Source: Actinomycetes bacterium (GTDB taxonomy: Bacteria > Actinomycetota > Acidimicrobiia > Acidimicrobiales > SZUA-35). From it: 64,000 bases of DNA. The translations under genes and the position numbers were made by a program. The notes under the pieces were generated by a model. It had not been told where the DNA came from. It saw only the letters and a program-made list of their open reading frames with translations, and made no database searches. Shown here piece after piece: positions 17,666 through 25,104 of the stretch. The stretch lies in assembly GCA_024280015.1 (NCBI GenBank), contig JAJRQY010000006.1, positions 11-64,010 on the forward strand. Direction: 5' to 3'. Position 1 is the stretch's first letter; every line of letters starts with the position of its first letter.

Positions 17666-18787
17666 TCAGCCGGAAACCGAGGTTGCGTAGCCGGCGGGCC
17701 GTTCGGCTCTCTCTATATTGCTGAGTTGGCCGATCTGCCAGGACATCTTCGTAACCCGATGTGCTTTTCGGCGCCGTTCGTTCTCGTAGTCTTCGAAGGC
17801 CGCCGTTACATTGCTGTCAGTTGCGGATTGGACCCGCCCCAGTTGGGCGGCCAGCGAGTAGGCACTCTCAACGGCCTGGCAAGCGCCTTGTCCAAGGTTT
17901 GGAAGGGTTGCATGGGCGGCGTCACCCAGAAGGACGACCCTGTCGCCGTGCCACTTCTGTAGCGGCGCAATATCCAGAAGATCATTGCGAAGAAACGCGT
18001 CGTCAGGCGTGCGATCAATGAGATCCAGAGTTGCGGCGGGAAAGTGGCGGCAGAGCTGGTGTAGCTCGCTCTTGACCGTGCCTGGGTCCATCAATCCGCC
18101 CATTGGAGCCTTAGCGGTGATGAACGTATAAGCGAGATCGTCCGACACAAGACCAGACCCGACTCGGAGACCCCCAGCATTTCCCCACATCTCGGTCATG
18201 TCGTAAGGGCCAGGCATCGAGGTCTTGTTGGCGGTACTCAAAAATCGCCAACAGGTCTGTCCGCTGTAGCGGAGGGGCAGATCGCCAAGTAGTTGTCCGC
18301 GAACTGCAGACCTCAGACCGTCGGCGCCGACAAGAACATCGCCGGTGGCATCGGTTCCGTCCTCGAACCTCACGGTTACCCCTTGTTTACCGAGCTCGTA
18401 GCCTACGAAACGCTTCCCGGTTGTTGCTCGCTTGACCTGGTTCAGCAGGAGTTGGTGCAGTAGCGTTCTCTGAATAGCGATTGTGTGGAACCCGTGGTCG
18501 GCCAGATCTTTGTCAGTCGAGGTTGCACTCAGCACGGTCCCGTCAAGTTGGACTATTGCAACCCCTTTTCGATACGGGCGTCCAAGGTCATTGATTGCCT
18601 CGGCTAAGCCGAGCCGGTCGAGAAGCTTCGTCGCGTTTGGTGCCATCCAGATACCGGCGCCAGCCTCCCGAAAGGATGGTGCTGCCTCGTACACCTCAAC
18701 TTCGATACCTTTCTGCTGGAGGGCAATACTTGCGGGTAATCCACCAACTCCCCCACCGACGACAAGAACCCGAATACCACACTCCAA
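17666..18787 (-). CDS. FAD-dependent monooxygenase (salicylate hydroxylase / UbiH-like)
   Basis: RVLVVGGGVGGL Rossmann motif, central DG motif (LVGADGLRSAVR) and GDAAH motif. TTG start at 18787. Confidence 0.85.
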   Translation of the reverse strand: MECGIRVLVVGGGVGGLPASIALQQKGIEVEVYEAAPSFREAGAGIWMAPNATKLLDRLGLAEAINDLGRPYRKGVAIVQLDGTVLSATSTDKDLADHGFHTIAIQRTLLHQLLLNQVKRATTGKRFVGYELGKQGVTVRFEDGTDATGDVLVGADGLRSAVRGQLLGDLPLRYSGQTCWRFLSTANKTSMPGPYDMTEMWGNAGGLRVGSGLVSDDLAYTFITAKAPMGGLMDPGTVKSELHQLCRHFPAATLDLIDRTPDDAFLRNDLLDIAPLQKWHGDRVVLLGDAAHATLPNLGQGACQAVESAYSLAAQLGRVQSATDSNVTAAFEDYENERRRKAHRVTKMSWQIGQLSNIERAERPAGYATSVSG

Positions 18788-18817
18788 CCATTAGGACGTT
18801 TGTACTAATATAGCAAG

Positions 18818-19450
18818 ATGGCTGCAAACACGCGAGCGACAATCCTTGGGGCTGCCCGTACCTTGTTCAATGAGCGTGGCTTGGAGAATGTCTCCCTACG
18901 CAATATTGCCGATGAGCTGGACATCAGTATCGGAAATCTGACTTATCACTTCAAGCGACGAGACGACATTGTCTTTGAGCTCTACCTGGAACTGGTCGAA
19001 CAGATGGACAAGCTGGTCAGCGATGAGGGCCAGGTGATGGCGGATCCAACCTTGGTTCAGGTCCGACGTGCGTTCGGCGGAGTCTTCCCAGCCTTCCTTT
19101 CCTATCGGTTCATCATGGACAATCTCTTGCAAGTAGCCCGTCAACACTCGCGCATCCAAACCCACTATCAAGATCTCACGCTGCGACGTGAACAAGAGAC
19201 CCTTCGTTTGTTTGCCCTGATGGTGGAGGATGGCCTGATGCATCCCGAACAAGGTGCTGACCAATTCAAGACGTTGGTCACTCAGCTCACGATCCTGGGC
19301 AACTTCTTTTTGCCGAGCGCCGAAGTGTTCTTGGCCCTTGACGAGGTTGACATCGAATCCAGATTTCACCAGGTGATGAGCCAACTCCTGTCTCCGTATC
19401 TGACCGAAGCCGGCAGACGTGAAATCCTTCTCTTTGATTCGTCTGCTTGA
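18818..19450 (+). CDS. TetR/AcrR-family transcriptional regulator
   Basis: N-terminal HTH (ILGAARTLFNERGLENVSLRNIADELDISIGNLTYHF). Divergent from the monooxygenase across only 30 bp. Confidence 0.85.
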   Translation: MAANTRATILGAARTLFNERGLENVSLRNIADELDISIGNLTYHFKRRDDIVFELYLELVEQMDKLVSDEGQVMADPTLVQVRRAFGGVFPAFLSYRFIMDNLLQVARQHSRIQTHYQDLTLRREQETLRLFALMVEDGLMHPEQGADQFKTLVTQLTILGNFFLPSAEVFLALDEVDIESRFHQVMSQLLSPYLTEAGRREILLFDSSA

Positions 19451-19560
19451 GTCGTCTGCTTCATTCGGCTGCTTGAGGACGCTGCCTGAATTTGATGGCT
19501 TATCCGGTTGGCTGAATTGACGGTCCGATTGCAGACTCGCTGGTATGCCAGACTGTCCGG

Positions 19561-20826
19561 ATGCAACTCGACGTCGACTATGTCCGTTCCCAGTTCCCAG
19601 CTTTCCAAGCCGATTCGCTACAAGGCTGGTCCTTCTTTGAGAACGCCGGTGGTTCCTACGCCTGCGTCGACACCATTGCTGCCTTGACCAAGTACTACAC
19701 CGAAACCAAGTTGCAGCCATACGCTCTGTATCCGGCCTCTGCCGAAGCCGGGCAGCAGATGGATGAGGCCCATGCTCGGTGGGCTAGGGCATTGGGCGTG
19801 CAGGCTGACGAGGTGAACTTTGGTCCCTCCACTTCAGCCAATACCTACGTGCTGGCCAACGCGCTTGGTGCCCTGTTGAGTCCTGGCGACGAGGTCGTTG
19901 TCACCAATCAAGACCACGAAGCCAACACCGGTTCGATTCGTCGAGCCGCCGAAGGAGCGGGCGCCGCAATTCGGGAATGGCGCATCGATGCCGATACTGG
20001 GCTACTCGACATTGATCAACTTGACGCCTTGCTCAGCGCCAAGACGAAGCTCGTTGTCTTTCCCCATTGCTCCAACATCATCGGCCAGGAAAACGATGTC
20101 GCCCGAATCTGCGACATGGCTCATCAGGTAGATGCTTGGGCCATCGTCGATGGGGTCTCCTTTGTCCCGCACACCATTCCCGATGTTGGGGCCTTGGGAG
20201 CTGATGTTTACCTCTTCAGCCTGTACAAGGTTTACTCAGTCCATCAGGGTCTCATGGTTCTACGTCATGAGATGATGGATGCCTTGCCAAACCAGGGCCA
20301 CTACTTCAACGACGGATCGCCTTGGTATCGGATGACTCCGGCCGGACCCGATCATGCCCAGGTGGCAACATCAACTGCTGTACTTGACTACGTACAACGT
20401 CTTGACCAATATCACCAAGAATCTACGGGGACGAGCGACCATGTCGATCTAGCAAAAAGTTGTCGGCGGGTGTCGAAGCTGTGGGCCGATCATGAGGACA
20501 TGCTGCTTGGACCAGTCCTGAGCTTCCTGGATGAACGCCCGGGAGTCCACCTGCTCGGTCCCGCAAACCTGAGCTCGGGACACGTCGGAGCACACCGCTG
20601 CCCAACCGTCTCCTTTGACGTTGCCAACCCAGCGGCTATCGCCGATGCTCTGGTTGAACGCAAGATCATGACCAGTTCTGGTGACTACTATGCGGTCCGG
20701 GTCCTTGAAGGTCTTGGCATCAAACCAGATCCTGGTGTCGTCCGAGTGTCCTGGGTGCATTACACCTCCAAAGCGGACGTTCAGGCTCTCCTGTCGGCTC
20801 TAGATGAGGTACTCCCTTCCTCGTGA
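19561..20826 (+). CDS. aminotransferase class V-fold PLP-dependent enzyme (cysteine desulfurase-like)
   Basis: 421 aa with fold-type I features (VVTNQDHEAN, SLYK Lys region). Confidence 0.75.
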   Translation: MQLDVDYVRSQFPAFQADSLQGWSFFENAGGSYACVDTIAALTKYYTETKLQPYALYPASAEAGQQMDEAHARWARALGVQADEVNFGPSTSANTYVLANALGALLSPGDEVVVTNQDHEANTGSIRRAAEGAGAAIREWRIDADTGLLDIDQLDALLSAKTKLVVFPHCSNIIGQENDVARICDMAHQVDAWAIVDGVSFVPHTIPDVGALGADVYLFSLYKVYSVHQGLMVLRHEMMDALPNQGHYFNDGSPWYRMTPAGPDHAQVATSTAVLDYVQRLDQYHQESTGTSDHVDLAKSCRRVSKLWADHEDMLLGPVLSFLDERPGVHLLGPANLSSGHVGAHRCPTVSFDVANPAAIADALVERKIMTSSGDYYAVRVLEGLGIKPDPGVVRVSWVHYTSKADVQALLSALDEVLPSS

Positions 20827-20892
20827 GAACTGCTGCGCTCACCAGGAGAGGACACGAACGTGACCTTTGACCACCAAAGTTCGGCACAGTCG

Positions 20893-20918
20893 GGAACTCT
20901 TTGGCTACCAACGACGAC
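20893..20918 (+). promoter_or_regulatory. candidate ECF-type promoter GGAAC-N17-CGAC upstream of the SCO operon
   Basis: GGGAACtctttggctaccaacgaCGACct. It ends 64 nt before the SCO ATG. A second CGAC gives an N14 alternative. Same architecture as the sites at 23671-23696 and 24429-24454. Confidence 0.4.
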
Positions 20919-20981
20919 CTTGACAGGTAGCGGCTCAACCCGTCTCCCTTGTTTCTCTATGAGAAGTAGCTAGCAACGACC

Positions 20982-21644
20982 ATGCATCAGTTCAATCCGG
21001 CAAGAGCGGACCGAAACCGCGCCCTTCGAGTTCGCGGCGTGCTTGGCGTGATCTTCGGGCTACTGGTTCTGCTTGGGGTGAGCACGTCTTGTGGCGGGGA
21101 GAAGGACCTAGCGGCGCAGTCCCTCGGCGGCAATGTGCGAACGCCCGCTCCACAAGTTGGCCACCTATCGGTCCCGCGGGCGAGTGATGGGGCTGATCAG
21201 TATCTGAAGGCGCGGGCAGGCCAGATTCTTGTTGTTTACTTTGGCTACACCGCGTGCCCTGATGTGTGCCCAACGACGATGTCTGATCTGTCGGCTGCTC
21301 TTGAGAATCTTGGCGACAAGGCAGGTTCCGTTGAAGTCGCAATGATTACCATTGATCCGGAACGCGATACTGATGAGATCATCGGCGGCTATGTCGGCCA
21401 CTTTGTCGAGGATAGCTATGCGTTGCGGACTGACGACCCCGATCGGCTGCGGTCGGTGGCCGATGCACTTGGGGCAGACTATTCGGTGCGTGAGGATGAA
21501 GATGGAAATGTCGAAGTTGATCACACGCCGTTTCTTTACGCGGTAGATGAGGATGGCAAGCTCCTGGTGACTTGGGCTTTTGGCACTGTTCCGACTGCTC
21601 TTGAACGTGACCTTGGCATCTTGCTGGCCCGGGTCAAGGCCTAG
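20982..21644 (+). CDS. SCO1/SenC-family copper chaperone (thioredoxin fold)
   Basis: CxxxC copper motif (YFGYTACPDVCP), distal His (VDHTPFLY), N-terminal membrane anchor. Confidence 0.85.
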   Translation: MHQFNPARADRNRALRVRGVLGVIFGLLVLLGVSTSCGGEKDLAAQSLGGNVRTPAPQVGHLSVPRASDGADQYLKARAGQILVVYFGYTACPDVCPTTMSDLSAALENLGDKAGSVEVAMITIDPERDTDEIIGGYVGHFVEDSYALRTDDPDRLRSVADALGADYSVREDEDGNVEVDHTPFLYAVDEDGKLLVTWAFGTVPTALERDLGILLARVKA

Positions 21645-21653
21645 GCTGCTCCC

Positions 21654-22034
21654 ATGAGATCTCTGCGACTGGCGCTTGCCGGACTCATCTTCGCCATACT
21701 CAGTCTTGCGCTTGGGAGCTGCACCAATGACGATGGCGACCTCAGCTTCGATGACGCTGCTGTAGAGAACGCCGACTTCAACTATGTGATCCCGCTAGGG
21801 GCCGGCGAGCGAATCGATGCTGGCGAGGCGCTGGATATCCTTCCTGCTCGACTCGAAGCCAAGGTTGGTCAGGTCATCCGTATTTCCAACGAGGACGATC
21901 GTGGACATCTGGTTGGCCCGTTCTTTGTCGGCGCTCATGAAGAACTCAGTCAACGTTTCACTTCTGTCGGTGAACTGAGCGGTACCTGCTCTGTGCACCC
22001 CAGTGGCCAGTTCGTGGTCGCGATTTCCGAATAG
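21654..22034 (+). CDS. small lipoprotein, cupredoxin-like (putative Cu site H...C-x2-H-x3-Q)
   Basis: Lipobox LALGSC. C-terminal GTCSVHPSGQF resembles a type-1 Cu loop with Gln in the axial position, with an upstream His in DRGHLVGPF. Confidence 0.45.
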   Translation: MRSLRLALAGLIFAILSLALGSCTNDDGDLSFDDAAVENADFNYVIPLGAGERIDAGEALDILPARLEAKVGQVIRISNEDDRGHLVGPFFVGAHEELSQRFTSVGELSGTCSVHPSGQFVVAISE

Positions 22035-22036
22035 TG

Positions 22037-23026
22037 ATGCGGACCCTGGTCAGGACTATCAGCGTTGGTCTGCTCTTAGTAGCCATCCTTGCGGGGCCAG
22101 CGGCTGCTGATGCCGCCGGACCTACCGACTACCGCAGTGAGATTCTTGGCATCGAACCACCAGTCCCTGGCTTAGCCATCAGCATTGTTGGTGGCGACTC
22201 GTTTGTCTTGCTTGAAGTCGAATTGGGCTTGGAAGTTACGGTTATCGGCTACCAGGGTGAACCCTATGTCCGAGTGCTGCCGTCGGGCTTGGTTCAGGAA
22301 AACCAGCGTTCCCCGAGCCGTTTCTTGAATGAGGAGCGCTACGGCGACAGTGAACTGCCGGAGGAGGCATCTGCGGAGGCGGAGCCAGAATGGTCCTCGG
22401 TTGATGATGACGGCTCATGGGCCTGGCATGACCATCGGACTCACTGGATGATTCCTCAGCCCCCTCCGAGTTCTCGCCGAGGTGAGCAGATCGTTGAGGG
22501 GGTGATCCCACTCATTGTTGATGGCCACAAAGTTGTGGTTTCGGTTGGTTCGTTCTGGCTTGAGTCACCATCGCCCCTTGTACCGCTGGCTGCCTTAGTT
22601 ATCGGTGCGGGAATTGGTGTCCTTGGGCTGGCAGGCCTGGTGAGATGGCCGTGGGTACCTCTGGCCCCGGTACTTGTCCTTGGATTCATCGTTGGGGCAT
22701 GGCAGGTGTTCTCGGTTCCTCCCGAAACCGGACCAAGTCCGCTGAATTGGCTCTGGCCGCTGATTGGACTGTTTGCCTTGGCCTGCCTGCCACTCGTTCA
22801 AGGTTCAAGTCAACGGCTCTTGGCAACAACCCTGACCCTTGTCGGTGGCGTGAGCCTGAGCATTTGGGGCTTCACCCGCAGGGCTGGACTGTTCGCCGCT
22901 GTGCTTCCAACCGATGCTCCTGCTGCACTTGACCGTCTTGCTACCGCTCTGGCTCTGACCATTGGGGTCGGCATGAGTGTTCAGCTGATTCGGACCTTGC
23001 TGGAGCCTCCGGGCCCAGTCGAGTGA
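22037..23026 (+). CDS. membrane protein of unknown function (secreted N-domain plus ~5 TM helices) in the copper cluster
   Basis: Signal peptide ending AAADAAGP, a conserved-looking WHDHRTHWM segment, and a hydrophobic C-terminal half. Start-stop overlap with the upstream gene (GTG 22034 / ATG 22037). Confidence 0.6.
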   Translation: MRTLVRTISVGLLLVAILAGPAAADAAGPTDYRSEILGIEPPVPGLAISIVGGDSFVLLEVELGLEVTVIGYQGEPYVRVLPSGLVQENQRSPSRFLNEERYGDSELPEEASAEAEPEWSSVDDDGSWAWHDHRTHWMIPQPPPSSRRGEQIVEGVIPLIVDGHKVVVSVGSFWLESPSPLVPLAALVIGAGIGVLGLAGLVRWPWVPLAPVLVLGFIVGAWQVFSVPPETGPSPLNWLWPLIGLFALACLPLVQGSSQRLLATTLTLVGGVSLSIWGFTRRAGLFAAVLPTDAPAALDRLATALALTIGVGMSVQLIRTLLEPPGPVE

Positions 23027-23068
23027 CTCAGGCCAACGAGCCAGTACCGCCGGTGTGATCGCTAGCTC

Positions 23069-23593
23069 TTAGGGGGCGGAGTCTTGAACCTTGACCTTGA
23101 TGACCTGTTCGCCACCCGTCTTAAAGTTGAGGGTGACTTCTAACTCCTGTCCTTCTTCGAGCGGAGCGGCTAGATCAATCAACATCATGTGGAGCCCGCC
23201 AGGCTTGAGCGAAATCGTCTCGCCCTTGGGAATAGCGATGGAGTCGACTGGCACCATGGACATTGCGCCAGATCCCATTCCGTCGTGGTCCATGTTCTCG
23301 TGGTCCATGTTCTCGTGGTCCATCGTTTCCTCATCGTCGCCAACCTCCGTCAGGACGGTTTCGTGCAGTTCGACACTGCCGGCAATAGTTGGGTCAACGG
23401 TTGCTCCAAGAAGGGTGTCACCTTCGTCACTGGACAGATCAAAGTAGATCACGCCAGCAGAGCTCATCGCTGGGCTAGTACGGGACCACTGGCCGCTGAC
23501 TTGCACCCCAGTCGCATCATTGCCGCAAGCTGTCAAGGCACTTGCGCCGAACAGGAGGGCACCGCTGACGGCTATAGATCGAACAAGATTCAT
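23069..23593 (-). CDS. copper chaperone PCu(A)C (DUF461) with His/Met-rich insert
   Basis: Lipoprotein-like N-terminus (SALTAC). PCuAC-type motifs (ELHETV..., GGLHMMLIDL). Insert MDHENMDHENMDHDGMGSGAMSM. Confidence 0.8.
   Translation of the reverse strand: MNLVRSIAVSGALLFGASALTACGNDATGVQVSGQWSRTSPAMSSAGVIYFDLSSDEGDTLLGATVDPTIAGSVELHETVLTEVGDDEETMDHENMDHENMDHDGMGSGAMSMVPVDSIAIPKGETISLKPGGLHMMLIDLAAPLEEGQELEVTLNFKTGGEQVIKVKVQDSAP
23285..23325. repeat. 15-nt tandem repeat (GTGGTCCATGTTCTC x2 plus a diverged third copy) encoding the MDHEN repeats
   Basis: 23285-23299 and 23300-23314 are identical. 23315-23325 is a partial diverged copy. Confidence 0.9.
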
Positions 23594-23670
23594 TGAAACG
23601 AAGTTCCTTGTAGTTAGACAGCGTCTCGCGAGTCGGGACGTTGGTGGCGGGAGCCACCGCTACTCCACAA

Positions 23671-23696
23671 GTCGTTGCCGACCGTCGATTGGTTCC
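23671..23696 (-). promoter_or_regulatory. candidate ECF-type promoter GGAAC-N17-CGAC upstream of the PCuAC gene
   Basis: The minus strand reads GGGAACcaatcgacggtcggcaaCGACtt. It lies in the 166-bp gap between the sigma-factor stop and the PCuAC start. Confidence 0.4.
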
Positions 23697-23759
23697 CAAC
23701 CCAGTTGGAAGTTTTCATCGGCTGGCTCAATCATGAAGCCAAGGCCAACTGTTGGGTGG

Positions 23760-24401
23760 TCAGCTGCTGCTTTGATTTGTCTGACGGTCATCCGTGGATG
23801 GAGACTCCAAGGCCTCGACCAGGTCGCTCCTGGCACGGGCTATGCGTGAGCGGATAGTGCCAACTGGCACCCCGAGAACTTGGGCTGCTTCGGCATAGGG
23901 CAATCCGATGAGCTGGGTGAGGATGAAGGCTTCCTTGCGACCCGGATCCAGATTTTCAATGGCCGAATCGATCTCTAGCGTCGAATCCAGCCTGGCGGTG
24001 CTGTCATGGACCGACGCCAGGGTCACCGCAGCTTCATCAATCCTTCGTCGGCGAATGTTCCGACGAGTGGCATCGACACAAACTCGTCGACAGATTGTGA
24101 GCAACCACGGCCGAGCCCCGGAATCGCCCCGAAAACGGTGAAGACTCCCAATTGCACGCTCGAAGGTTTCCTGCGCGAGGTCATCGGCGTCGTTGCGGTG
24201 CCCGAGATAGGCACAGAGTCGCCACACGTCGCCCTGGGAGACCGCAACGAACTGCCCAAGGGCCGTAACATCACCATCGCGTGCCGCCAGGGCCAACATG
24301 GTCAGGTGATCATTCTCGGACGGGTTGGGCACAATCAGAGTGTGCCACCAAGTTTTCTGAAACGTACGAAGTGCACCAACTCCGACGCCCGTTCGCAGCA
24401 T
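23760..24401 (-). CDS. ECF-subfamily RNA polymerase sigma-70 factor
   Basis: Region 2 (DLAQETFERAIGSLHRFRGDSGARPWLLTICRRVCVDATRR) and region 4 HTH (LIGLPYAEAAQVLGVPVGTIRSRIARAR). The start is uncertain: ATG 24401, GTG 24332 or ATG 24299. Confidence 0.85.
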   Translation of the reverse strand: MLRTGVGVGALRTFQKTWWHTLIVPNPSENDHLTMLALAARDGDVTALGQFVAVSQGDVWRLCAYLGHRNDADDLAQETFERAIGSLHRFRGDSGARPWLLTICRRVCVDATRRNIRRRRIDEAAVTLASVHDSTARLDSTLEIDSAIENLDPGRKEAFILTQLIGLPYAEAAQVLGVPVGTIRSRIARARSDLVEALESPSTDDRQTNQSSS

Positions 24402-24428
24402 TGGAATCCAGCTCCCTTGCGTCGATCA

Positions 24429-24454
24429 GGAACTTTCTGCGGAGTCCCAACGAC
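24429..24454 (+). promoter_or_regulatory. candidate ECF-type promoter GGAAC-N17-CGAC immediately upstream of the anti-sigma gene
   Basis: AGGAACtttctgcggagtcccaaCGACta. The CGAC ends 9 nt before the ATG at 24464, which implies a leaderless or near-leaderless transcript. Confidence 0.45.
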
Positions 24455-24463
24455 TAGGGAACC

Positions 24464-25102
24464 ATGGACTGCTGGATTGCTCGCGAAACCATGTCTGCTG
24501 ATCTGGATGGTGAGGCCACCATTGAGGAAGGTAGTGCGCTGCGAATTCACCTGACCGAATGCGATCTGTGTAGGACCTATGAAGCTGATCTCATACAGAT
24601 CCACCGTTCGGTGAGGGTACGGGCAGTCGAGTCGGTGCCGAACATGGTGCCGTCGGTATTGGCTAACGCTCGGCCACCCCGGGTTGGGCGGGGAGGGTGG
24701 ATCCGCTACTCACTGGGCCTCGTCGCCGCAACCAACTTGGCGCTTGGACTCCCGGATTTCCTCCTTCGTCCGGTAGCGGACGGTCACGACAGTCGACACC
24801 TGGGAGCTTTCACCATCGCGGTGTCGATGGGACTCTTGTTTGCTGCAATTAGACCGCAACGGGCCTATGGCCTGCTGCCGTTCGCTGCTGCCCTTGGTTT
24901 CACCATGCTGATCGGGGCCGCTGTAGACACCGTCCAGGGCGGTCAGTCTCTGCTGGCCGAGAGAGCGCACATCCTTGACGTGGCAGGTCTGAGCCTGCTC
25001 TGGCTGCTGGCCGGCGGCCGCTTACCGTTTGCTCGCTGGAGCATTTCTCCCGCCACCCACGATCACGCCGCGGGGTCTGTGAACATACGGCGCAGCCTGT
25101 GA
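24464..25102 (+). CDS. zf-HC2 anti-sigma factor with C-terminal multi-TM domain
   Basis: H-x3-C-x2-C motif (IHLTECDLC) in the first 45 aa, followed by about 4 TM helices. Divergent from the ECF sigma gene. Confidence 0.75.
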   Translation: MDCWIARETMSADLDGEATIEEGSALRIHLTECDLCRTYEADLIQIHRSVRVRAVESVPNMVPSVLANARPPRVGRGGWIRYSLGLVAATNLALGLPDFLLRPVADGHDSRHLGAFTIAVSMGLLFAAIRPQRAYGLLPFAAALGFTMLIGAAVDTVQGGQSLLAERAHILDVAGLSLLWLLAGGRLPFARWSISPATHDHAAGSVNIRRSL

Positions 25103-25104
25103 TG

